A stretch of DNA of 41,525 nt from Octopus bimaculoides (GCF_001194135.2 NC_069005.1:4492685-4534209), one strand, 5' to 3'; positions 11,217 through 22,599 are shown, counted from the stretch's first letter. Numbers and translations: made by a program. The notes: generated from the sequence alone by a model not told the origin.

Positions 11217-12166
11217 TATTTTGTTGGCAATTAAGTAATTTCGTTTTTTTTGCAAATAGATAGAGTTACGGGTCTTTTTTAAGATTTTTTTCAATATTAT
11301 GATCTTTTTTTCTTTTGACATATGATAGCCATTACTTTCAGCTTAATTTAGCAACAAATTGCGCATAATTTTGTTTACAACTGTTAATGCAGTGTCAATT
11401 GTAACATGGAGTGCAAAAACGAACATTTCCGCCATATTTTGCTTTTTTATTTCCGTAAAGACAAGAAAGATGCTTAAGATAACAAAGAGATATGTGAAGT
11501 TTATGGTGTTGATTGCTTAACAGAAAGAACATGTCAGAAATGGTTTTAAAAATTCCGTTCTGGAGACTTTTCACTGAAAGATGACCAACCTTCTGGTCAA
11601 CCTACTGAAGTCGGTGATGACCGAATCAAAGCCATAATAGAAATCTGAGTGTCATATAACTGTGCGAAAGATTGCAGGGAGGTTAAATGTATCGCATACA
11701 ACAATTGAAAATCACTTAAAATGTTTTGGACTCATTACGAAGATCGATATTTAGGTTCCACATAAATTGAAAGGTATTCATTTAACACAACGAATCGATA
11801 TTTGAGATATGTATCTCAAATGCAATGAAATAGACATTAATTTGAAACCAATCATCACTGGAGAACAAACGTATTCTCTACTATAACTTTATTCCAAAAC
11901 GATCATGGTCCAAGCGTAATAAACCAGCACAAGCCACATCGGAAGTTGGATGATATCAAAAATTGTCATGTTGTCAATTTGGTGGGATTACAAAGGTGTT
12001 TTGTATTTTGAACCAAACGATCAATTCAATAACTAATGGAACTATAGGAAGCAATGAAAGAAAAATCCTAAAGCAATCGTGTTCCACTATGACAACGCTT
12101 GACCACAAACGTCTTGAAAAATTATTGGAGCTTAGTAAGGAAGTGAAGTTTCATCCACCATATAGT
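11217..12166 (+). mobile_element. Decayed mariner element, mellifera-like subfamily, 3'-truncated
   Basis: TA + TIR-like ttttgttggcaattaagtaatttcgttt at 11217-11250; ATG at 11406: MECKNEHFRHILLFYFRK...WF*KFRSGDFSLKDD.PSG.PTEV...*VPHKLK...IITGE...MLSIWWDYKGVLYF...VFHYDNA*P...HPPYS; several stops and frameshifts; ends after HPPYS. Confidence 0.93.
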
Positions 12167-12235
12167 AATGTAACGCACTTAGTCGCGTTAACAAAGGGGT
12201 GTGGGTTCGAATCCTACGCGGATGGGGGAGCCTTC
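12167..12235 (+). other. tRNA-like head (B-box GGGTTCGAATCC); possible third SINE family or tRNA pseudogene fragment
   Basis: gtgggttcgaatcctacgc is a canonical T-loop/B-box; no full cloverleaf can be folded by eye. Confidence 0.35.
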
Positions 12236-12398
12236 GTTTTTCTGTCTAGGGGATTATATGCCCCTTTATTAGACTATTTTTCTTACTCATTGCACGGTGA
12301 TCGCCATAAGCATGAAGCTTATATAAAAATACCATTATTATTATTTACAAGATAGTAAAAATGGCACCGTATAAAAAGAAACATTGCCACCGAAAACA

Positions 12399-12496
<98 letters not shown>

Positions 12497-14288
12497 CATA
12501 CAAATACAGAAATATAAGCATACTAATAATGAAGAGAAACCCAAATTTAAACCGAGTTCCAGACGCACGTGACGGAAATATATTAGGACGCCGTATTGGC
12601 ATACATAACTTTTGGCCTTGTGCATAGATCTGTAACAATTATTTACGGAAAGCCAACTCAAAGAAATCAGGTTGATAGGCGGTGAGTGCCTGAAAATGGA
12701 AACTTTCTGCTTTAAGCTAAAATATAAGGTATTATAATATATTATTATTATTATCTCCGTAGTTTAACGCAAAAAAATTACGGAGATATAAATATAGTTT
12801 ATAGCAGTTGCAAGTTTGACTTTGATGTAAAATCTCGTATACATGTTAAAATGTACAAAGAAATTAATACAAATATGAATATATCAAAATAACATTAAAA
12901 TATTATGTATACATTTTATTAATAAGCATGTAAGTTATATGTTGTTCCTTAAAGCAATTTGCTCTATGTTAAAACAACAATGTTATTTAATTTAACATTG
13001 TATATCTTAAAATAATATTTTTGCAAAATTGTCTTGCATTCGTATGAGGAATGAATGTAAATTGAATTGAAATTACGTGTCGTTACTTAAAGCAATTTAC
13101 GTATATGTTTGGACAATAACTTCATTTAATTAAATGATTTAAAGAATTATACTATATCCAATTAACAGAGCATGTGTAACTTTGAATTTAATCAAGAAAA
13201 TAAATTATTTTACGGTAACACTGAACTGGATTAAAATAACAGAAATAAAAGAGGGGAAAAGTTTAGTAATAATTAAAAGTAAATCTATATACAAAGGTGT
13301 GCGAGATTATATAATCTGGAACGGTTCTTGGTTATGAGAAGTTCTAATAAGATCAATTAGGGATGGTATAGAAACAAGACTACAGTAATATGAATTCACT
13401 GAAGCTTAATAAATTGATGGTTTGATAGGAATTTGTAGTTTGGAAGTTTAATAATTAAATAAATATAATAATCGGGGAAAATAATTAATTCTAAGTTGAA
13501 TCGTTTTTGCAAGGTTGGGTTATAATAATTTGTAATAGGTTTGTGTGCAAAATACATGTCGTTGTTTAGATCAATATAGTATATGATTAGAAAATGTTAT
13601 TATTTAATCAGAAGCGTAAAGGTGACGTATTGTAGAAAATTAAGTGAAAATATATTACAGTAAATATTTTGGAATATGATACGGAATAGAAATGAAATAT
13701 ATTATTATAATTTAACATTAAAATAAATTAAAATAAAGTAGGAATAATTGAGGAAATATGGTAATAAAAAGAGATGCATATTTGAATAAGTATGAGTGCA
13801 AATGTTGAAACTGAAATGGGAAGCATGGAATAAGTTTAATTAAAGACGTTAAATAATGAAATCGACTACTGTAATATAAATTTATTGAAGATTAATATAT
13901 TGATAGTTCGATATAAATTTGTAAGTTATAAATTCAATAATTACATAAATATTACAAATGGGATATAATAATTAACTCTAAGTTTAAACAATGAAATAAG
14001 TCCATTAAAAGATGGAACTCTGCTAGAATATCTGCTGTTTATCAGTCATTATTGTCTCGATGCTATGGTACAGAAAGTATTAAATGTTATTGGAAATATA
14101 CTGTGGTAGTTTGTGATAATGAAATTCGCATTGAAACGTGTCTTATGTCGGTAAATATAAATATTGCGATAAAATTTTCGACGACATATCCTAATAAACT
14201 AGTGTGCATGTGAATGTAATTGTGTGTATGTTTGTGCGTGGGTGAGTGTGTGTGAGTGTTTGTGTGTGCGGTGTATGTATGTGTGTGC

Positions 14289-14360
<72 letters not shown>

Positions 14361-14420
14361 ATGTGATGTGTGTTGTATGCGTATGTGTGTGTGAGTAATC
14401 AAGAAATTATGACCTATTTA

Positions 14421-14522
14421 GCGCTTCTGTGTGGTGAAGACGCTTGCTTCCAAACCATAAGGTCGTGGGTTCATTATCACAACACAACACTCTGACTGAG
14501 TGTCTTTTCCTTTGGCTCCGGC
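14421..14522 (+). mobile_element. SINE family 2, 5' (tRNA-like) fragment
   Basis: ctgtgtggtgaagacgcttgcttccaaaccataaggtcgtgggttca resembles the head of the - strand copy ending at 15216. Confidence 0.7.
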
Positions 14523-14526
14523 ACGG

Positions 14527-14682
14527 TAATTACATCTACCTCAGTTTTTAACGAACAGAAATTCCGTCGAACCTGAAAAATGAAAGCGACTTCAATCAAA
14601 GCGGAGTTCGAGATTAGAACAAAAAGACGGGAGAAACGCCGCTAAGCATTTTGTACGGCGTGATAAAGATTCTGCCAACTCG
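14527..14682 (-). mobile_element. tRNA-derived SINE family 1, diverged copy
   Basis: gcggagttcgagattagaac...gctaagcattttgtacggcgtgataaagattctgccaactcg is the reverse complement of the family-1 head. Confidence 0.75.
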
Positions 14683-14835
14683 ATGCATTAGTTACTCATT
14701 AAGAAGTGAAATACGACCAGTGTGTGTATATATTATTAGCATAATTAACCTCTTACGAAACAGCAAATCCCGTTTGAACATAGGATTTATCATCAATAAG
14801 CCTGCGTGGATTATTTTTAAAGAATGGAGAATTTT

Positions 14836-15216
14836 ATATTCTTTTATTCTTTTACGCGTTTCAGTTATTTGACTGCGGCCATGCGGGATCACCGCCAGTA
14901 GTCGAGCAAATCGACAGGAGGACTTATTCTTTGTGAGCTTAGTACTTATTCTATAGGTCTTTTTGGCCGAACCGCTAATTTACGGGGACGTAAACACACA
15001 GGCATCGGTTGTCAAGCGATGGTGGTGTACAAATACAGACACACACACATATACAACGGGGTTCTTTCAGTTTCCGTCTACCAAATCCACTCACAAAGCT
15101 TTGGTTAGTCTGAAGCTATAGTAGAAGATACTTGCCCAAGATAACAGGCAGTGGGACTAAACCCGGAACCATGTGGTTGGGAAGCAAGTTTCTTACCACT
15201 CAGCCACGCTGCGCCT
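14836..15216 (-). mobile_element. SINE family 2, near full-length (about 380 bp)
   Basis: rc head aggcgcagcgtggctgagtggtaagaaacttgcttcccaaccacatggttccgggtttagtcccactg (A/B boxes), central microsatellite, tail ending aaagaataaaagaata. Confidence 0.92.
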
Positions 15217-15825
15217 ATATAAGTTTGTTCTGTTCTTTTTTTCTTTTCAGAATTTTGGCCAAAATAGCTCAAAATTAAATACCGACAACCAATTTTAATT
15301 TTCTTTCTCAACTAATATCTATTAGTAGCTAAATTATTGATTTTCACTTTTGAAACATCTAAATCATAGTTTGATATGCTGCTAAAATAATATTTATATG
15401 CACAACTATAATTTAAGTTCCATTAACGTATATATAGTTAAGTCTAACAATTATTCCATTATAAGATAATTTATCATATCTTCTCATGTTAGCCATGTCT
15501 TGTAAACCTACCGCCGTGGCCGATTATATAACAAGCATTTTAAGTACATATCTAGTTTAAACCTAATCGAAGAACTACTCAGATGCTCGTATATTCATCA
15601 GAGACTTTGCGGTGGGAGAGTCTTATATTTATATACGTCTACTAGGAATAACTATGATTATTCGCTCTAAGCATTGTCTCTAAGCATTGTCTATTATACG
15701 CTTATGATTTTATACTCACCATAAATATGTTATGTAGCATTTCATGATTAACAGAAACCTGTTCTTATTGTACGCTGTATATGTATATTTATGTGTGTGC
15801 GTACATATATGTATATATATATATA

Positions 15826-16187
15826 TTTGTTTTGCAAGATTTTTGATGTGAAATCGTGTGTTGAAACAGATGTTGTTGTACTTGGGGATGGTCATATTGC
15901 CAGTTTAGCCAATAAAAAAACACGCATTGTATATTTGGTGTTAATTTGCTTCAGCTTTATATTACATTTATATTACAAAATACAAAATGGCTGATAGTTA
16001 GCAAGGTGAGACACACATAAGAAAGAAGGAAACAAAGGACCACTGATGAGGTCACAGAAGTGTGACGAAAGAACTCTGGCCGAAATAAGATTAAGATTAA
16101 TGTAATATAAAGCTGAAGCAACTTAACACCAAATATACAGTGCGTGTGTTTTTATTGGCTAAACTGGCAATATGACCATCCCCAAGT

Positions 16188-16194
<7 letters not shown>
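15826..16194. mobile_element. Inverted-repeat element in (TA)n with hammerhead-like core, Penelope-like
   Basis: 96-bp arms 15873-15968 and 16099-16194 with 3 mismatches; 130-bp spacer; (TA)n on both flanks. Confidence 0.7.
16036..16092 (+). ncRNA. Hammerhead ribozyme catalytic core (probably incomplete)
   Basis: CUGAUGA at 16043-16049, stem II GGUCACAG/CUCUGGCC (7 of 8 pairs) closed by GAAA at 16082-16085; internal perfect hairpin GUCACA-GAAG-UGUGAC-GAAA; stem I partner not found. Confidence 0.55.
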
Positions 16195-16245
<51 letters not shown>

Positions 16246-16419
16246 ATAGAAAGGACAACAAAAGAAATGATTATGCGTGCTGGGGTATGGGTGTATAATT
16301 AGAATAGTATAATATGAATGTATACTTTATAATATCGAAAGAACGTTGAGTGAAGAAGTGTGTAAAGTACGTCTATGTTATGTCTCAAGCTACTGCTATC
16401 TAGCACCTCCGGATGATCT

Positions 16420-16492
16420 CTACTCAACCGCTACACAACTGCTACTCGACTGCTACTCAACACCTACTCAACTGCTACTCAACACACCCACC
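16420..16492 (+). repeat. Degenerate 11-12-bp minisatellite (ctgctactcaa-like)
   Basis: tactcaaccgctacacaactgctactcgactgctactcaacacctactcaactgctactcaac. Confidence 0.7.
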
Positions 16493-17014
16493 ACGGCCAG
16501 GCTACCTCTATTTATATGTCTTGGGAGATCCTACTTTTTCGCCTGAGGGCGTCGACACGACAGTCTAGAAGAGTGATTACCCGTGTGTATTTATCTATCT
16601 ATCTATCTGTCGATCTATATTTATATATATATATATATATATATCTGCAGAAATATATCCGCCGTATTGAAAACACTACCTTCGATTACTCTGTGTTACG
16701 GTCCCGGACAAAAGACACATGCGAATGGTTCTCTTTATGCAAGTCAATTAAGATCAGTATTAGATCGTTTAATTTATTATATCGACCTAAAGACTGTCAC
16801 ACGTACGAGACGTCGTTAGCGTAAATTGCTAACTGATCGAACCAAAATGAGGAGATATATATATATACATGGAGCACACATTCGGAAACGATTATGTTTA
16901 TAGAATATTATCAGAAAATACTATATTATTACAGGAGACTGAATGACAGATTATATTTTAAGAAAGCTACAACTATTGATGTATGAAGAAACATGAATAA
17001 GAATGTATGTATGA

Positions 17015-17055
<41 letters not shown>

Positions 17056-17962
17056 NNNNNNNNNNNNNNNNNNNNNNNNNNNNNNNNNNNNNNNNNNNNN
17101 NNNNNNNNNNNNNNNNNNNNNNNNNNNNNNNNNNNNNNNNNNNNNNNNNNNNNNNNNNNNNNNNNNNNNNNNNNNNNNNNNNNNNNNNNNNNNNNNNNNN
17201 NNNNNNNNNNNNNNNNNNNNNNNNNNNNNNNNNNNNNNNNNNNNNNNNNNNNNNNNNNNNNNNNNNNNNNNNNNNNNNNNNNNNNNNNNNNNNNNNNNNN
17301 NNNNNNNNNNNNNNNNNNNNNNNNNNNNNNNNNNNNNNNNNNNNNNNNNNNNNNNNNNNNNNNNNNNNNNNNNNNNNNNNNNNNNNNNNNNNNNNNNNNN
17401 NNNNNNNNNNNNNNNNNNNNNNNNNNNNNNNNNNNNNNNNNNNNNNNNNNNNNNNNNNNNNNNNNNNNNNNNNNNNNNNNNNNNNNNNNNNNNNNNNNNN
17501 NNNNNNNNNNNNNNNNNNNNNNNNNNNNNNNNNNNNNNNNNNNNNNNNNNNNNNNNNNNNNNNNNNNNNNNNNNNNNNNNNNNNNNNNNNNNNNNNNNNN
17601 NNNNNNNNNNNNNNNNNNNNNNNNNNNNNNNNNNNNNNNNNNNNNNNNNNNNNNNNNNNNNNNNNNNNNNNNNNNNNNNNNNNNNNNNNNNNNNNNNNNN
17701 NNNNNNNNNNNNNNNNNNNNNNNNNNNNNNNNNNNNNNNNNNNNNNNNNNNNNNNNNNNNNNNNNNNNNNNNNNNNNNNNNNNNNNNNNNNNNNNNNNNN
17801 NNNNNNNNNNNNNNNNNNNNNNNNNNNNNNNNNNNNNNNNNNNNNNNNNNNNNNNNNNNNNNNNNNNNNNNNNNNNNNNNNNNNNNNNNNNNNNNNNNNN
17901 NNNNNNNNNNNNNNNNNNNNNNNNNNNNNNNNNNNNNNNNNNNNNNNNNNNNNNNNNNNNNN

Positions 17963-18000
<38 letters not shown>

Positions 18001-18150
18001 ATATATATACATATTTATATATAAATGTGTATATTTATATAATCATATATATGTACATATATATGCATATGTAGAAATATATATATGTGTATATATAGAA
18101 ATATATATGTGTATATATATGTGTGTATATATATAAATATATATATATAT

Positions 18151-18219
<69 letters not shown>

Positions 18220-18866
18220 TACAGATATAATTTAATAAATGCAGTTTCATGCCGGTACGGTGCAGTAATCGGGAACATGCACAGCGTAGTAAAGGCAATG
18301 CGCACAGTTCAAGAGAAAAATTTCAAATAGGTCAGACAACGCCTTTATTCATTAAATGATATTAAGGAGGCCCCGAAGAAAGGAAATTTAGAAGAAAAAT
18401 ACCAAACAATAGTAACACAATAAAATTATATTAGACACATAAAAGTTAATTAGAATAATCATGGACGTACACATAATTAGGAATTAATGAACTAGACTGT
18501 GTAAGACACGCAGTATTGAAGGAAACGGTTCCGGGGGAATCTTACATAACAACTCAACAACGAAAATAAGGTAATTGTTATTAATATTACTCCGGTTATA
18601 GGTTATAGTTATAAAATTATTAATTAGATGTTAAATGAATTATAACAAATCAGATAATCAAATAGGCTTCATAATAACAAAAAAATCCAATCTTGGTTTT
18701 ACTCGGAATACAGTGCGATGAAACTATTTTGCAACTACAAAACCTTTATAAAGCATAGAATGCGTGTAGTTATTATTTATATTTATAGAAAACACTTTTA
18801 TGTAGAAGGCGCTGATGTACTCCGACACCGAATACAAGAATTGATATTTTATCTAGCGTTCACGGT

Positions 18867-18900
<34 letters not shown>

Positions 18901-18904
<4 letters not shown>

Positions 18905-19691
18905 GGGTACCAAAAAGTTAACGGAAAGGTTCTCTGTGGGACAATCCCGTTGCAGGCCGGGTCGGGTTTCCGCAGCTAGAAACTACATGATGCGAACCTC
19001 AGGCATCAGTCTTTGACTGGCGTCTTCGTTTGAGGTCGTACTGTTACGTAGTGCGTCTTTGTTTTGCAGTGCGTCTCCCATGTTCGTGGTTGTTTGCGAT
19101 GGGTGGAACGAAGGAATAGCGTGCTCCCGTGATATTCTGTTTTGTACTGAGGAAAATGGCGGCAGAAACAGATATCATTCTTCAAAAACCAACCTCGTTC
19201 ATGGAGACCGTCGACCTCCCGAACGAATGGAAACCAAAATATTCATGACGTGATCTTTGGAGGACCGTTGACTTGTCGATATGACTGGTATGCACCAGAA
19301 CTCCTGCTAACCAATTTCGAGCAACGAATTGTAAATGAAATGAGCTAGAGCAAAATGTTTGACTTGCTTGCTCATAGAAGATCAAAAGCAGTCATGACTG
19401 AATGCGGTTTCGTGAATTGAAAGAACAGCTGGAATTTGATCTGCTGACGAAACCTGGTGCTAAAGAATTTGCAGATGTGGAAGCGGTGAAGAAAAAAGAG
19501 ACGACGGAGGCATTAAAAGCATCATTTTGCAAGCGTTCCAGCACTACATTGAGCAGTAGAAAACGCGTGTGGATCCATGCATTGTTTCAAATAGAGAATA
19601 ATATCAAGATGATAAGAGTGTAAACCTGGAAAACGAAGTGAATGAAATAACATAGCAAAATTCCGGGGTCTTTTTGCGGGGTATCCCCTCG
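18901..19691 (+). mobile_element. Internally deleted mariner (TACGAGGG-type TIRs), non-autonomous, about 790 bp
   Basis: 5' ta-tcaggggtaccaaaaagttaacggaaa and 3' rc ta-cgaggggataccccgcaaaaagaccccggaattt; remnants MGGTKE*RAPVIFCFVLRKMAAET (ATG 19099), RPPE/PSTSRTN, LLIEDQKQ, FRELKEQLEFD, FADVEAVKKK; central DDD region missing. Confidence 0.85.
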
Positions 19692-19700
19692 TATGCATAT

Positions 19701-19731
<31 letters not shown>

Positions 19732-20502
19732 TATGCATGCATACTCACACGTGTGTGTGTATGTGTGTGTTCGCCTGTATTTATTTGTGCATATGTCGAA
19801 CAAGACAAAAGAGAGATGGTGAAATAGACGAACAGCAAAAGAACAAGTTATTAATCACGGATTATTAACTTTAATATTCTCTGTTTTCAGCGACGCTCTA
19901 TGAGAAGTTAGTTAGTAGCTCTAACGCACCCCGTAACTACCCAACACCACTAAATCTATTATTTATAGCAATTTCTCTAGACAATGCCCGTAATGATATT
20001 TTCTGTTGTATTTTATACATTTGCAAATCAGTGTTTCATTGGAAAATTATGTTGAAGTCGTGTTTCAATGAACCAGTCAATGTTTCATTGCATTTCCGAA
20101 AGCTAGAGTGACAAGGAGTCCGTACGCATTCAACCATTAAATACATGTTATACCATCAGCTGAGATAGTATTCAATTGCAACTGCCGGTGGATTCAGCAT
20201 TATCGTGATGTGTGTCTGCAGAAGAATATTATCGGAATTGAGTGGCTTGTCATGCGGTTCCTCTTTTCGTTGTAGTGGTTTAATACTGATCCAGGATGTA
20301 GGATGTACATTTCTGATCAGCGAAATTCAAGCCATTATCTTCCATCCCTTTCGAAACGTAGACATGTAAGTTAGTTACTAAGTCCTGTTTTATTATTTTT
20401 TAAATATTTAACATGGTTTAACAGAGTAAAATTTGATATATGCCAGATTGGGTAATATTTCTAACAGGTCTATCTCATATTTTATGTTTCCTTGTCATCA
20501 TA

Positions 20503-20537
20503 GAGGATGTGTGGTGAGAAAATTGCTTCGCAACCAC
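20503..20537 (+). mobile_element. SINE family 2 head fragment
   Basis: ggatgtgtggtgagaaaattgcttcgcaaccac resembles the family-2 head. Confidence 0.45.
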
Positions 20538-21449
20538 TAAATGTGACTGAGGGTATGAAGAACATATATTGTTAGATAAGAGGTAAAGGCTTTAAATGGT
20601 GTAAGATATATAATTATATATATATATATATNNNNNNNNNNNNNNNNNNNNNNNNNNNNNNNNNNNNNNNNNNNNNNNNNNNNNNNNNNNNNNNNNNNNN
20701 NNNNNNNNNNNNNNNNNNNNNNNNNNNNNNNNNNNNNNNNNNNNNNNNNNNNNNNNNNNNNNNNNNNNNNNNNNNNNNNNNNNNNNNNNNNNNNNNNNNN
20801 NNNNNNNNNNNNNNNNNNNNNNNNNNNNNNNNNNNNNNNNNNNNNNNNNNNNNNNNNNNNNNNNNNNNNNNNNNNNNNNNNNNNNNNNNNNNNNNNNNNN
20901 NNNNNNNNNNNNNNNNNNNNNNNNNNNNNNNNNNNNNNNNNNNNNNNNNNNNNNNNNNNNNNNNNNNNNNNNNNNNNNNNNNNNNNNNNNNNNNNNNNNN
21001 NNNNNNNNNNNNNNNNNNNNNNNNNNNNNNNNNNNNNNNNNNNNNNNNNNNNNNNNNNNNNNNNNNNNNNNNNNNNNNNNNNNNNNNNNNNNNNNNNNNN
21101 NNNNNNNNNNNNNNNNNNNNNNNNNNNNNNNNNNNNNNNNNNNNNNNNNNNNNNNNNNNNNNNNNNNNNNNNNNNNNNNNNNNNNNNNNNNNNNNNNNNN
21201 NNNNNNNNNNNNNNNNNNNNNNNNNNNNNNNNNNNNNNNNNNNNNNNNNNNNNNNNNTAAAAACAAGAAAGCATTTACAAAGACAAAGAATTGATATGGC
21301 GATGACGTAAATGCATTATAGTATTAAGTTTCATCCCTCCAGGCATTGGAATTTTTCAGTTTCCCATTGCAGTCGAATTTCTCTTCCATTACTCTATGCT
21401 GTGATGTAATAATTCAGCAAAATTACCGTAATATATTGTTGCTGCTGCC

Positions 21450-21451
<2 letters not shown>

Positions 21452-21538
<87 letters not shown>
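21452..21538. repeat. (TTA)n microsatellite directly 5' of a SINE-1 head
   Basis: Visible repeat. Confidence 0.98.
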
Positions 21539-21540
<2 letters not shown>

Positions 21541-21543
21541 CCG

Positions 21544-21648
21544 AAGTGGAAGTGAACTACCAGAATCGTTAGCAAGACGGACAAAGTGTTCAGCGGCATT
21601 TAGTCCGTCTTTACGTTCTGAGTTCAAATTCGGCCGAGGTCGATTTTG
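21544..21648 (+). mobile_element. tRNA-derived SINE family 1, 3'-truncated
   Basis: cagaatcgttagcaagacggac...ttacgttctgagttcaaattcggccgaggtcga. Confidence 0.88.
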
Positions 21649-21808
21649 AATATTAGGTAATATTAGTTGAACAAAAAGAGCCGGAAAAGAGTCCTTGACC
21701 GTTTTGTCTAGGGTGTTAATGATTCTCCTAGCGCACTGCAAGGAAATTTCGCAATTACAATTTTTGAACAGGTGCCAGTTGATTATGCCGACCCTAAAGG
21801 TCAAATAT

Positions 21809-21923
21809 TACTTATTTTACCGATCTCGAAAGGATAAAAAGAAAAATTGACCCTGGAAGAATATGAACATGGAATAAAGGTAGTTCAGCAATTTGTCCGG
21901 TTTACTAACGATTTTTCCGGCCC
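21809..21923 (-). mobile_element. SINE family 1, old diverged copy
   Basis: tacttattttaccgatctcgaaaggat...atttgtccggtttactaacgattt matches the rc of the family-1 body and head. Confidence 0.6.
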
Positions 21924-22599
21924 ATCGTCAGAAATTTCTAAATAATAAGTGCACGTGCCAATTTTTTATTTAATGCCTGTTTAGTTCAATTTTATTTAAA
22001 CAAAAGCATTGATTTCCATACATTTGCAATATTGTTAATAGCAAATAGACTCACAACGAGAAAATATTTATGGAATGACAGTTTGCGGCATTCATTTCGC
22101 AATACACTTATAAATCTTACATTTTTTTTTTCAGTCGTATTCATTTCCTTTCGCCCATCCTAGAAAATCTGAATGACCAGGTAGGAAGGATATGAGCGAA
22201 GTAACAGAGAGAGCCAGATATGATTCATGGCTTTAAATCGTTAATAAGCAATATCGCTCGTCAGTGAAATTCTCCGGTAAATAGACAAATCTTCTCAGCT
22301 GTCAATACGTGTTGTAATATTGGATAAAATGTGTGTTATCCGTGGGACGACATCACAGTTACAATTACTGATATCTTCATTACCTTGCTACTTGCTGTGC
22401 AAAATTGAAAGTTACGATGGAATTTTTGTTTTTTTTGTTTTTTGTACAATGTACTTCAACAACCTGAAATTCTCCGCATACAATATACTACATTATGCCA
22501 ATATTTTCACTGCAAGGCCCAGTAGTTTGTGGTACATGGCAAGACCTTACAATAAACGCAGATGTACATGTGAATAAAATGTGTGCGTGTGCGTGTATG

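Noticed and set aside
12752-12788. 10-bp hairpin tatctccgta/tacggagata
   Set aside because: Short, with no CTRR terminus nearby to support a Helitron 3' end; compatible with chance
12790-14090. Possible NUMT (AT-rich, mitochondria-like composition)
   Set aside because: No conserved rRNA or OXPHOS motifs, and stops persist under the invertebrate mitochondrial code
14836-15216. tRNA genes at SINE heads
   Set aside because: A/B boxes are present but there is no complete cloverleaf or acceptor stem; they are SINE promoters
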